From: an uncultured Chloroflexia bacterium
GTDB taxonomy: Bacteria; Chloroflexota; Limnocylindria; Limnocylindrales; CSP1-4
Assembly (NCBI GenBank): GCA_963720965.1
Contig: CAVRHD010000002.1
Location: forward strand, 91,908-155,907
Length of the DNA: 64,000 nucleotides
Direction of reading: 5' to 3'
Under the pieces are notes generated by a model. The model searched no databases. It was not told where the DNA came from and saw only the letters and a program-made list of their open reading frames with translations. The position numbers and the translations under genes are program-made. Below, piece by piece: positions 1 through 13,981 of this stretch. Each line of letters opens with the position of its first letter. Position 1 is the stretch's first letter.

Positions 1-2
1 CC

Positions 3-185
3 AGCGTCTCCGCCGACCTCCATATCGAACAGGACACGCTCCTGCCGGTCGCCGCCACCGTCGTCATCGATGCCGGCACGACCGGCACGTTCACCCTCGC
101 CCTGACCCTGTCCGCCTTCGACCAGCCCGTGACGATCAGCCCGCCGCCGGCCGACCAGGTCGTCGAGGCCAGCCCCGGCGCCTAG
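3..185 (+). CDS. 3' end of an unidentified CDS entering from upstream of the window (partial)
   Basis: Frame 3 is open from the window edge to TAG at 183-185 (...TFTLALTLSAFDQPVTISPPPADQVVEASPGA*). GC-rich third positions look coding. No family recognised. Confidence 0.35.
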   Translation, partial: SVSADLHIEQDTLLPVAATVVIDAGTTGTFTLALTLSAFDQPVTISPPPADQVVEASPGA

Positions 186-979
186 CTCCGCGCCGCCGGC
201 GAGCGCCCGACCGCAAGGTAGCGCTGCCAGCGGTCCGATGTCCGGTCGAGGATCCCCTGGTGGGCTCGCTCCACCCGGTCGATCTCGGCCAGGCGGCGCA
301 CCTTGACCCGCTCGAAGCCCGCCGCGCGCAGGACCTCCACGATCGCGTCAGGACTGGTCTGGTGCAAGAGCGGCAGGGCCGCGTCCACCTCGCGCGGGTA
401 CTCGTGCTCGTCGAGGACCTTCGACGAGCGAACGGTCCGGAGCCGTTCGGCCCCGGCCACGAGCAGCCGCCGGGCCGCCGGGTCGGGCGGGTAGAAGCCA
501 TCGATCACGGCAACCAGGCCACCCGGACGAAGCCGGTCTCGCCACGCCGCGGCGGCGCGAACCGGCTCGGCCAGGGTCCAGGCCAGGTGCCGGCTGACGA
601 CGGCGTCGAGCGTGCCGCTCGGAACCGGCGGATCCTCGGCATCGCCGATCCGCCAGTCGACGGCGAGTCCCGTCTCGATGCTTCGCCGGCGGGCGGCCAG
701 GATCATCCGCTCGGACAGGTCCAGCCCGATGACCGTGTGGCCGAGCTCGGCCGCGGTCAGGGCCAGGGTGCCCGTGCCGGTCCCGGCGTCGAGGACCTCG
801 AGCCGGGGCATCTCCGAGTGGGTCGCATCGCCCAGGACCGCAGCCACGAGGCGGCGCCAGGCGATCCGCTCATCCTGGTGCAGGACACCGTGTCGCGGGA
901 GCCGGTCGTAGTCGGCGGCGCCCCGGTCCCAGGCGCTCGTGATCGCGGCCTTGACGCTCGCCCGGTCGTCCTCGTGCAT
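182..979 (-). CDS. Class I SAM-dependent methyltransferase
   Basis: 265-aa ORF with SAM-binding motif VLDAGTGTGTLAL followed by GLDLS. ATG at 979. Confidence 0.85.
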   Translation of the reverse strand: MHEDDRASVKAAITSAWDRGAADYDRLPRHGVLHQDERIAWRRLVAAVLGDATHSEMPRLEVLDAGTGTGTLALTAAELGHTVIGLDLSERMILAARRRSIETGLAVDWRIGDAEDPPVPSGTLDAVVSRHLAWTLAEPVRAAAAWRDRLRPGGLVAVIDGFYPPDPAARRLLVAGAERLRTVRSSKVLDEHEYPREVDAALPLLHQTSPDAIVEVLRAAGFERVKVRRLAEIDRVERAHQGILDRTSDRWQRYLAVGRSPAARS

Positions 980-985
980 CGCCTG

Positions 986-991
986 AGCATA
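986..991 (-). promoter_or_regulatory. -10 hexamer TATGCT, leaderless-type promoter of the methyltransferase gene
   Basis: Read on the minus strand, TATGCT lies 6 nt upstream of ATG 979. No Shine-Dalgarno sequence is possible in that space. Confidence 0.45.
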
Positions 992-1022
992 GCCAGCCTA
1001 CGAGCAGTGGAGGGGGTCGCCC

Positions 1023-1028
1023 TACAAT
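1023..1028 (+). promoter_or_regulatory. -10 hexamer TACAAT, leaderless-type promoter of pcrA
   Basis: TACAAT lies 6 nt upstream of GTG 1035. Confidence 0.5.
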
Positions 1029-1034
1029 GACGAC

Positions 1035-6001
<4,967 letters not shown>

Positions 6002-6007
6002 CCCGCG

Positions 6008-6304
6008 ATGGCCACCCTGTCCCGCGCCGATGTCGTCCACGTCGCCCACCTGGCCCGTCTCGGGCTGACCGAGGCCGAGCTGACCCGCCTCGAGGGCGAG
6101 CTCAACCACATCGTCGACCAGTACGCCCGGCTGACCGAGCTGGACACCGACGCGATCGAGCCTACGGCCCAGACGATCGAGCTGGAGAACATCCTGCGCG
6201 ACGACATCGTCAGGCCGTCCCTCGCGCAGGATGCGGCCCTGGCCAATGCCCCCGAGACGAGCGACGGGTTCATCGTCGTGGCCGCCATCCTCGGCGGCGA
6301 TTGA
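6008..6304 (+). CDS. gatC: Asp/Glu-tRNA(Asn/Gln) amidotransferase subunit C
   Basis: 98 aa from the internal ATG of ORF 5903..6304 (MATLSRADVVHVAHLARLGLTEAEL...). Size, sequence and position before gatA are typical of GatC. Confidence 0.9.
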   Translation: MATLSRADVVHVAHLARLGLTEAELTRLEGELNHIVDQYARLTELDTDAIEPTAQTIELENILRDDIVRPSLAQDAALANAPETSDGFIVVAAILGGD

Positions 6305-7920
6305 CGATGACGCCGACCCCGGCCGACGGAGCCGGCCTGACCCGGCGGACCGGCCACGATCTCGCGGCCGGCTTGCGCGCCGGTGACTTCAGCGCTCACG
6401 AGCTGGCAGACGCCCACCTGGCCGCGGCGGAACGGGACAACCGTGGGCTCAACGCCTGGTTGACGATCGAGCGCGAGCGCGCCCTGGCCGAGGCCGATGT
6501 CGCCGACGCCCGGCTGGCCCAGGCGCGTCGCGACGGGCCGGCGGCGGCGGCCGCGCTGCCGGCGCTCCTCGGGCTGCCGGTCGCCCTCAAGGACCTCGTC
6601 TCGGTGGCCGGCCTGCAGTGCACCGCGGGCTCCCGGATCCTCGAGGGCTACCGGGCACCGTACGACGCCCACATCACCGAACGCCTGCGGACCGCCGGGG
6701 CGGTCATCCTGGGCAAGACCAACATGGACGAGTTCGCCATGGGCAGCTCAACCGAGCATTCCGCCTTCGGTCCGACGGCAAATCCGTGGGACCTCGACCG
6801 AGTTCCGGGCGGCTCGAGCGGCGGCTCGGCCGCGGCGGTCGCCGCGTTCAATGCGCCGTTCGGAATCGGGACGGACACCGGTGGCTCGATTCGGCAGCCG
6901 GCGGCGCTGTGCGGGATCGTCGGCATGAAGCCGACCTATGGCCGGGTCAGCCGCTACGGGATCGTCGCGTTCGCTTCGTCACTCGACCAGATCGGGCCGT
7001 TTGCCCGGGACAGCCGGGATGCGGCCGCCCTCCTCCATACCGTCGCGGGCCGGGACGAGCGGGATTCGACCTCCGCCCCCATCCCGGTGCCGGACGCGCT
7101 GCTGGACCTGGCCGCGTCCGACGACGCCGCCGCCGGAAGCCTCCGGGGCAAGCGCCTCGGCCTGCCCCGCGAATACTTCGTGGCGGGCATGGAACCGGGA
7201 GTCGAGGCCCGCGTCCGAGAGGCAGTGGCCGCGCTGGAAGGCGCCGGCGCGATCGTCGAGGAGGTCAGCCTGCCCCATACCGACTACGGCCTGGCGACCT
7301 ACTACATCGTCGCCCCGGCGGAGGCGTCGGCCAACCTTGCCCGGTATGACGGGATTCGCTACGGCTTCAATCGGCGTGACGGGGACACCCTGGCCAACGA
7401 GCTGGCGACCCGCGGCCAGGGCTTCGGGCCCGAGGTGAAGCGCAGGATCATGCTCGGCACGTACGCCCTGTCGGCGGGCTATTACGACGCCTACTACCTG
7501 AAGGCGCAGAAGGTGCGAACCCTGATCAAGGCCGACTTCGACCGCCTCTGGGCGGCCGGATTCGATGCCCTCGTCGCGCCGACCAGCCCGACCGTCGCCT
7601 TCCGCCTCGGGGCGCGCTTAGCCGACCCCGTCTCGATGTACCTGTCCGACGCATGCACCCTGCCGGTCAACATGGCCGGCCTGCCCGGGGTGTCGATTCC
7701 GTGTGGCCTGTCGGAGGGGCTGCCGGTCGGCCTCCAGCTGATCGGCGGGCCGTGGCGCGAAGCCGAGCTGTTAGGCCTGGCACGCGGCTACGAGGCAATC
7801 ACCGCGACGGCATCGTGGCGTGCCCTCGAACCCGCTGACCTTGAGCGAGCAGCCGACCCGAACGGCCCGACGCCTGGCGATCGAGCCCGGCGCATCGACC
7901 TCGAAGGGCTCCCGGCCTAG
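6301..7920 (+). CDS. gatA: Asp/Glu-tRNA(Asn/Gln) amidotransferase subunit A (amidase family)
   Basis: 539-aa ORF with amidase signature GGSSGGSAAAVAA. The start overlaps the gatC stop (TTG 6301, or ATG 6307). A C-terminal tail of about 50 aa lies beyond the conserved core. Confidence 0.93.
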   Translation: MTMTPTPADGAGLTRRTGHDLAAGLRAGDFSAHELADAHLAAAERDNRGLNAWLTIERERALAEADVADARLAQARRDGPAAAAALPALLGLPVALKDLVSVAGLQCTAGSRILEGYRAPYDAHITERLRTAGAVILGKTNMDEFAMGSSTEHSAFGPTANPWDLDRVPGGSSGGSAAAVAAFNAPFGIGTDTGGSIRQPAALCGIVGMKPTYGRVSRYGIVAFASSLDQIGPFARDSRDAAALLHTVAGRDERDSTSAPIPVPDALLDLAASDDAAAGSLRGKRLGLPREYFVAGMEPGVEARVREAVAALEGAGAIVEEVSLPHTDYGLATYYIVAPAEASANLARYDGIRYGFNRRDGDTLANELATRGQGFGPEVKRRIMLGTYALSAGYYDAYYLKAQKVRTLIKADFDRLWAAGFDALVAPTSPTVAFRLGARLADPVSMYLSDACTLPVNMAGLPGVSIPCGLSEGLPVGLQLIGGPWREAELLGLARGYEAITATASWRALEPADLERAADPNGPTPGDRARRIDLEGLPA

Positions 7921-8774
7921 GACGTCCGGCGCGCCTCGTATCCGCCGGCCTCGGCCGGCCGGACCTCGTAGGTCGGCTGGTCGTAGACCGTCGGCCCGCG
8001 CCGCCGGCGGCCGGTCCCGATCTCGAACCTCGATCCGTGCCATGGGCACTCGATGCAGCCATCGACGATCTTGCCTTCGCTGAGCGGACCGCCGGCGTGC
8101 GCACACACCTCGTGCATCGCCAGAATCGTGCTTCCGGTCCGGACCAGGACGAGGGCCTGGGCCCCGGCATTGGCCTTGACCAGGGTGCCCTCGGCGATCT
8201 CGGTCACGTCGAGCCGCTGCCACTTCGTCCCACTCGAGCGCCAGGCGTGCCGATCGACCATGTTGCCCAGGACATAGACGACATCGCCACCGACGAAGGC
8301 ACCCGCGGCCAGGATCAGGTAGGCCACGATCGACAGCACGACCGGGACCGTCCGATTGGCAGGTCCGGTTGCCCGGATCGCCAGCGAGATGAGATAGACG
8401 ACCAGGGACACCACCATGATCGAGCTGTGGACGGTCGCCCGGATCCTCGCCCGGCCGTCCGTGGTGGAGTAATCGGCGTAGCCGGCCAGGGCCGCCGCGA
8501 ACATCGCCAGCAGCCCGATCACCAGGGCGATGTCCGCCCCGATCGGCTGGCCGGCGAGGTCAAGCACGATGACCAGGGTCAGCGCTCCGATCGGCACATC
8601 GGTCAGGAGGGCGTGCAGGGGATGGCCCAGCCAGGTGCCTGCCAGGAAATCGCGGACCGGCAGGATCCGGCCGAAGATGGCGGCCACGATGCCGTGCAGC
8701 CAGTCGCCCAGTGGCTTGGCCCAGCGCGCCTGGGCATCGATGATCCGATCGAGAGCTCGGCCGAGCATGGGCAT
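7917..8774 (-). CDS. Membrane-anchored Rieske [2Fe-2S] domain protein (DUF2231-like 4-TM N-terminus plus Rieske C-terminus)
   Basis: The hydrophobic N-terminal two-thirds is followed by Rieske ligand motifs CAHAGGPL and CPWHGSRF. The alternative start ATG 8768 has GAGG 6 nt upstream. Confidence 0.85.
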   Translation of the reverse strand: MPMLGRALDRIIDAQARWAKPLGDWLHGIVAAIFGRILPVRDFLAGTWLGHPLHALLTDVPIGALTLVIVLDLAGQPIGADIALVIGLLAMFAAALAGYADYSTTDGRARIRATVHSSIMVVSLVVYLISLAIRATGPANRTVPVVLSIVAYLILAAGAFVGGDVVYVLGNMVDRHAWRSSGTKWQRLDVTEIAEGTLVKANAGAQALVLVRTGSTILAMHEVCAHAGGPLSEGKIVDGCIECPWHGSRFEIGTGRRRRGPTVYDQPTYEVRPAEAGGYEARRTS

Positions 8775-8845
8775 CCTCAGGGCGGCGTGTCAGCTGATGC
8801 TACGCCTGGGCGGACCAGCCGGATCGGGTCCGGCCCCACGTTCCG

Positions 8846-8851
8846 TATACT
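8846..8851 (+). promoter_or_regulatory. -10 hexamer TATACT, leaderless-type promoter of the aminotransferase gene
   Basis: TATACT lies 7 nt upstream of ATG 8859. Confidence 0.5.
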
Positions 8852-8858
8852 CGCGGGC

Positions 8859-10067
8859 ATGGCAACCGAGACGACCCGCCGGACGGATGCTCGAGCCCCG
8901 CTGGCCGGGCGTGCCCTGTCCGAGCGCGTCCGGTCCGTCCCACCGTCGGGGATCCGGCGCTTCTTCGACATCCTGGCCACGATGGACGACGTGATCAGCC
9001 TGGGCGTGGGCGAGCCTGACTTCGACACGCCCAGCGGGATTGTCGAGGCCGGCGTCGCCAGCCTGCGACGCGGGCGGACCCACTACACCAGCAACTACGG
9101 CACCCTGCCCCTGCGCCAGGCACTCGTGGCCCACCTCCAGCAGCGCTATGGCGTCGACTACGACCCCGAGCGCGAGGTGCTGATCACGGTCGGCGCGTCG
9201 GAGGCGGTCGACCTGGCCCTCCGGGCGACGTGCGATCCCGGCGACGAGGTGATCCTGCACGAGCCGTCGTACGTGGCCTATGTCCCGGCGATCCAGTTCG
9301 CCGGCGGCACCGCCGTACGCGTCTCGACCCGCCTCGAGGATGACTTCGCGCTCGATCCCGGCGCGGTCGAGGCGGCGATCACTGACCGCACCAAGGCGCT
9401 CTTCCTGGGCTACCCCTGCAACCCGACCGGCGCGGTCCTGCCCGATGCGGTCCAGGACGAGCTGGCCGCGATCGCCGTCCGTCATGACCTGCTCGTGTAC
9501 TCCGACGAGATCTACGACCGGCTCGCCTATGGCACGTATCGCCATCGCGCGATCAGCGCCTTGCCCGGCATGCGCGAGCGGACGATCCTGATGGGCGGCT
9601 TCAGCAAGGCCTACGCGATGACCGGCTGGCGGGTCGGCTGGCTGTGCGCCCCGGCGGGAATCCTCGAAGGGATCGTCAAGGTCCACCAGTACACGATCAT
9701 GTCGGCGCCGACGACGGCCCAGGACGCGGCCCTCGAGGCCCTGACCAACGGCGAGGCCGACGTCGAGCGGATGCGGGCGGCCTACGATCGCCGCCGCCGG
9801 TTCATCGTCGATGGGTTCAACGCCCTCGGCCTGACCACGTTCGAGCCGCGCGGGGCGTTCTACGCCTTCCCCAGGATCAGCTCGACCGGCCTCGACTCGG
9901 AGACCTTTGCCGAGCGGCTCCTGGCCGAGGAGCACGTCGCGGTGGTCCCTGGTGGAGCGTTCGGTCCATCGGGCGAGGGCCACGTCCGTGCCTGTTACGC
10001 GACCTCCGAGGACCAGCTCCGCGAGGCGCTCGTGCGCATCGGGCGATTCGTCGCCCGGCAGCACTGA
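8859..10067 (+). CDS. PLP-dependent aminotransferase, class I/II (aspartate/aromatic type)
   Basis: 402 aa from the internal ATG of ORF 8037..10067. The upstream part of that ORF is antisense to the Rieske gene. Motifs include GVGEPDFDTP, NPTG and the PLP-lysine motif SKAYAMTGWRVG. Confidence 0.9.
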   Translation: MATETTRRTDARAPLAGRALSERVRSVPPSGIRRFFDILATMDDVISLGVGEPDFDTPSGIVEAGVASLRRGRTHYTSNYGTLPLRQALVAHLQQRYGVDYDPEREVLITVGASEAVDLALRATCDPGDEVILHEPSYVAYVPAIQFAGGTAVRVSTRLEDDFALDPGAVEAAITDRTKALFLGYPCNPTGAVLPDAVQDELAAIAVRHDLLVYSDEIYDRLAYGTYRHRAISALPGMRERTILMGGFSKAYAMTGWRVGWLCAPAGILEGIVKVHQYTIMSAPTTAQDAALEALTNGEADVERMRAAYDRRRRFIVDGFNALGLTTFEPRGAFYAFPRISSTGLDSETFAERLLAEEHVAVVPGGAFGPSGEGHVRACYATSEDQLREALVRIGRFVARQH

Positions 10068-10120
10068 TCCGCAGCCCGTCCGCTGGAAGCGCGAGTCGGG
10101 CTGTGCCAAACTCCGCGACG

Positions 10121-10381
10121 ATGGCTCGTTTCGTGCTCCAGCTGTGCGGCGTGATCGCCCTGGTCGTCGGTGCCACCCGGAGCTATGCCGCCACCCGGGC
10201 CGCCGTCGCGCCGCTCATCCATGAGGGCGATCCGACCCGGACCGCAATCGAGGCGACCCGCCGGGTCATCGATCGGCCCCGGGTCCGGCTCTTCGCCCGG
10301 CGGGTGGTCCTGGCCGTCGCCTGGCTGGCGATCTCGATGTACGGCCTGTTCCTGATCGTGGCCGGTCAGGTGGGCGGGTGA
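10121..10381 (+). CDS. Small membrane protein, unknown function
   Basis: 86 aa with two hydrophobic segments (VLQLCGVIALVVGA; VVLAVAWLAISMYGLFLIVAG). Its stop overlaps the gatB GTG (GTGA). Confidence 0.5.
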   Translation: MARFVLQLCGVIALVVGATRSYAATRAAVAPLIHEGDPTRTAIEATRRVIDRPRVRLFARRVVLAVAWLAISMYGLFLIVAGQVGG

Positions 10382-11891
10382 CCGGGTCAGGCGCCCCGGC
10401 TGCGTCGGCAGCGACGCGCTACGAGGCGGTCATCGGGATCGAGGTCCACTGCCAGCTTCGGACGGCGAGCAAGATGTTCTGCTGCGTGCTCGACGGCCTA
10501 CGATGGCGCGCCGCCGAACAGCCATACCTGCCCGGTCTGCCTGGGCCTGCCGGGGGCCCTGCCGACGATCAATCGGGCGGCCGTCCAGGGCGTCCTGGCC
10601 ACGGGTGTGGCGATCGGGGCGACCACCCCGGCCGCGACCCGCTGGGATCGCAAGAACTACTTCTACCCGGACCTGCCCAAGGGCTACCAGATCAGCCAGT
10701 ACGACCTGCCCCTGGCGGCCCATGGTGAGCTGGCGATCGAGACATCGGCCGGGCCGTTCGTGGTCGGGATCCAGCGGGCCCACCTCGAGGAGGACACGGC
10801 CAAGCTGATCCACTCGACCGACCGGGCCGGGCGCAAGGTCAGCCTGGTCGACTTCAACCGCTCCGGCGCGCCGTTGATGGAGATCGTGACCGAGCCCGAC
10901 GTTGCGAACCGCCGAGCAGGCCCGCCGCTATGCCGAGGAGCTCCAGCTAATGCTCCGCACCATCGGCGTGTCCGAGGCCGACATGGACCGCGGCCAGATG
11001 CGGGTCGAGGCAAATGTCTCGCTCCGGCCGCGCGGAACCGAGCCGTTCGGGACCCGGGTCGAGGTCAAGAACATGAATTCGTTCCGGTCGGTCGAGCGCG
11101 CCATCGAGTTCGAGATCGAACGTCAGGCCGCGGCCCTCGACGCCGGCGAGATCCTGACCCAGGACACCCGCGGCTGGGACGACAACCGGGGCGTGACCTA
11201 CGTGATGCGGTCCAAGGAGGACTCCCACGACTATCGCTACTTCCCGGAGCCGGACCTGCCCCCGCTCCGGGTCGACCCGGCCTGGCTCGACTCGATCCGG
11301 GCCGGCCTGCCCGAGCTGCCGGCGGCGCGACGATCGCGCTACGTCGAGGCCCTGGGACTGTCCGCCTACGACGCGGCCGTGATCGTGGCCGATCCGGGCC
11401 TGGCCTCGGCGTTCGAGGCGATCCGGACTGCGGGCCCGGGCCTGGCCGCCAAGGAGATCGCCAATCTGGTCACCGGCGAGTACGGCCGCGCGGCCAAGGA
11501 GATCCCCGAGCGAGGTGCCGCGGGCCTGGTCGGACGGGCCGAGGCGGCCGAGCTGGCCGACCTCCTGGGCCGGATCAGCTCGGGCGACCTGTCGCGCACG
11601 AACGCCCGGCAAGTCTTCGACGAGCACGTCTCGTCCGGCGCGAGCGTGGCCTCGATCGTGGCTGCCCGGGGCTTCCACCAGATCAGCGACAGCGCCGCCC
11701 TCGGCTCGGCGATCGACGCGGTCATTGCAGCCAACCCGGCGGCCGTGGCCGACCATCACGCGGGCAAGCCGGCCCTGGGTTTTCTCGTCGGGCAGGTGAT
11801 GAAGGCCACCCGCGGCCAGGCCAATGCCGAGCTGGTCGGCCAGATCCTGCGCGAGCGACTCGATGCAGCCCCGGAGGTGGATCAAACGTGA
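10378..11891 (+). pseudogene. gatB: Asp/Glu-tRNA(Asn/Gln) amidotransferase subunit B, reading frame interrupted twice
   Basis: GatB-like sequence is spread over three frames. Frame 1 runs 10378 to about 10485 (YEAVIGIEVHCQLRTASKMFC). Frame 2 runs about 10487-10900 (CSTAYDGAPPNSHTCPVCLGLPGALP...NYFYPDLPKGYQISQY...MEIVTEPD). Frame 0 runs 10902-11891 (LRTAEQARRYAEEL...YRYFPEPDLPP...). The total span is 1514 nt, which is 504 codons plus 2 nt. Confidence 0.9.
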
Positions 11892-12160
11892 ACACCGCGA
11901 GCGTGATCCTGCTCGTCATCGGGATCGTCCTTATCGTGCTGGGCTACCTGCGGACCAGGGCGCCCTACGCCCGCCTGCGGGCCCTCCAGGCCCAGGACCA
12001 GAACGTCGCCCGGTACAACGCCTGGCGGGGTGGCGTCCGGGACGATTCGAACAGCGACACCTCGACCGCCGCCGCGGGCCTCCAGCGCCAGGTGCGGCTG
12101 GGCGCCGGCCTGGGACTGATCGGTATCGCCGCGATCTTCACCGCCCTGGTGATGCGCTGA
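11888..12160 (+). CDS. Small membrane protein, unknown function
   Basis: 90 aa. GTG 11888 overlaps the gatB stop (GTGA). There are N- and C-terminal hydrophobic helices (VILLVIGIVLIVLGYL; LGLIGIAAIFTALV). Confidence 0.5.
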   Translation: MNTASVILLVIGIVLIVLGYLRTRAPYARLRALQAQDQNVARYNAWRGGVRDDSNSDTSTAAAGLQRQVRLGAGLGLIGIAAIFTALVMR

Positions 12161-12194
12161 ATCGTTTCCTGTGCGAAGGGGCCGGACAGGCCGT

Positions 12195-12611
12195 TCAACT
12201 GCCCGGGTGGCGGGCGCTGTCGCGCAGGGCGCGATGCTCGATCGCAGTGCAGCGGTTCATCACGACCGACAGCCCGCCGGACGCGGCCGTCGTGGCGGCC
12301 TCCCAGTTGACCACGCCGAGCTGCAGCCACAGGCAGCCGGACCGGGTCGCCACGGCCTCCTGGGCGTGAGGCAGGCACAGCTCCGAGCGCCGGAATACGT
12401 CGACGATGTCGAACCGACCGGTGGCCGCGGCGGCGTCGGTGAGGGATCGGAAGGCGGGCTGGCCGAGGACGTCCCGCTCGTTGGGGTTGACCGGGACGCA
12501 TTCGTAGCCGTTCATCAACAGGTAGCGGAAGACCGCGAACGACGGCCGTCCCGGATCCGATGAGGCGCCCACGACGGCGATCCGGCGGGCTCGACCGAGG
12601 ACGTCCGCCAC
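12195..12611 (-). CDS. CoA-binding domain protein (YccU/YneT-like)
   Basis: 138 aa with RRIAVVGASSDPGRPSF...GYECVPVNP..., typical of the CoA-binding fold family. Confidence 0.8.
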   Translation of the reverse strand: MADVLGRARRIAVVGASSDPGRPSFAVFRYLLMNGYECVPVNPNERDVLGQPAFRSLTDAAAATGRFDIVDVFRRSELCLPHAQEAVATRSGCLWLQLGVVNWEAATTAASGGLSVVMNRCTAIEHRALRDSARHPGS

Positions 12612-12764
12612 ACCGGCGTCATCGAGCAGGCTGACCGGGCCGCGGCCCTCCTGGAGGTCGAGGATCGCACCGGCCCGGGCACGCTCAGCCGCGCGCTCCG
12701 CCGTCCGCTGCCGGGCCTGCTCGGCTGGCTCATCGTCTTCGGCCGTCAGGTCCCTCGCGATCGC

Positions 12765-13934
12765 TCAGGCCCGGACCCGGAGCGATTCGAGGCCGCGCAG
12801 GACGAAGCGGGGCTTCCAGCGGGGCTCCTCGATAAGCTCCAGGCGGGGCATCCGCTCGATGATCTGGCGGAACACGATGTCGAACTCGGCCTTGGCCAGG
12901 GGTGCCCCGAGGCAGTAGTGGATCCCGGCCCCGAACGACAGGTACGGGTTGGGATGGCGATCGAGCACGAGCTCGTCGGCCCGGTCGAAGGCGCCAGGGT
13001 CGCGATTGGCCGCGGCGAACTGGAGCGCCAGCTCCTGGCCACGCTCGATCGGGACGCCGCCGATCTCGATGTCCTCGAGCACCCAGCGCTCGAACATCGG
13101 TGCCGGGGTATCGAACCGCAGGAGCTCTTCGATCGCGGTCGGGATGAGCCCCGGGTCGGCGCGCAGGGCGGCCTGCGCAGCCGGCTGCCGGAACAGCGCG
13201 TGCCACGAGTTGGCCGCGCCGTTGACCGAGGCTTCGTGACCGGCATTCAGCAGGAGGATCGCCGTGGCGACCAGCTCGTCCTCGCTCAGCCGGTCGCCCG
13301 CCTCGGCCACCTGGGCCAGCTCGCTCATCAGGTCATCGGTGGGCCGGCTGCGTCGCTGCCGGGCGAGCCCGCGGATGTAGCCGTCGAACTCGAGCCCCGC
13401 CCGGACCGCCCGGGCCCGATCGTCGGCGGAGGGATTCAGCTCGAAGACGAGGGTCATGTCGCCCGACCACGGCCGGAGGCTCGCCCGGTCGGCCTCGGGG
13501 ATGCCCAGCAGCTCGGCGATCACGTTGACCGGCAGCAGCTCAAGCAGGTCGCCGATCAGGTCGAACTCGCCCATCGCGGCCGCTCGATCGACAATTCCGC
13601 CGGCAATGGCCTCGATCCGCGGTCGGAGTCGTTCGACGGTCCGTGGCGTGAAGGCGGTGCTGACCAGCCGCCGCAAGCGAGTATGGTCGGGCGGCTCCTT
13701 GTCGATCATCTGGGCGTTCTGGAGATCCCAGAACGCGGCCTCATCGGCGGGTGGATCGGGCCGGCCCCACTCCTCGTTCGTGGCGACGTGGAGGTAGGTC
13801 CGGCCCAGCCGGCGGTCGCGCAGCAGGGCGTTGACGTCGGCATGGCGGCTGACCAGCCACTGGCCGGTCCGCTCGTCGAACAGGGCGCGCGGACCCTCGC
13901 GCAGGCGTCCCAGGGCCGGGTAGGGATCGGCCAC
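12765..13934 (-). CDS. Cytochrome P450
   Basis: 389 aa with I-helix LLLNAGHEAS, the ExxR region, and the heme-thiolate loop FGAGIHYCLGAPLA. Confidence 0.92.
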   Translation of the reverse strand: MADPYPALGRLREGPRALFDERTGQWLVSRHADVNALLRDRRLGRTYLHVATNEEWGRPDPPADEAAFWDLQNAQMIDKEPPDHTRLRRLVSTAFTPRTVERLRPRIEAIAGGIVDRAAAMGEFDLIGDLLELLPVNVIAELLGIPEADRASLRPWSGDMTLVFELNPSADDRARAVRAGLEFDGYIRGLARQRRSRPTDDLMSELAQVAEAGDRLSEDELVATAILLLNAGHEASVNGAANSWHALFRQPAAQAALRADPGLIPTAIEELLRFDTPAPMFERWVLEDIEIGGVPIERGQELALQFAAANRDPGAFDRADELVLDRHPNPYLSFGAGIHYCLGAPLAKAEFDIVFRQIIERMPRLELIEEPRWKPRFVLRGLESLRVRA

Positions 13935-13981
13935 GAACTCCGGGTCCCAGGGGTCGTAACCGAGCTCGAAGGCCGACGGGC

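Noticed and set aside
10480-10905. Programmed +1 ribosomal frameshifting or transcriptional slippage in gatB.
   Set aside because: Neither junction has a slippery or homopolymeric run, a hungry or stop codon in the zero frame, or an upstream SD-like stimulator. Two independent programmed events in one gene would be unprecedented. Sequence error or mutation is more parsimonious.
12612-12767. The P450 TGA stop is in frame with the downstream CoA-binding ORF, and the 153-nt spacer has no stop (…DLTAEDDEPAEQARQRTAERAAERARAG…). This could suggest read-through, a fusion, or a longer CoA-binding protein.
   Set aside because: There is no ATG, GTG or TTG in that frame within the spacer. The GTG 12611 start gives a normal-length CoA-binding protein. 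Open frames of this length are common at this G+C content.
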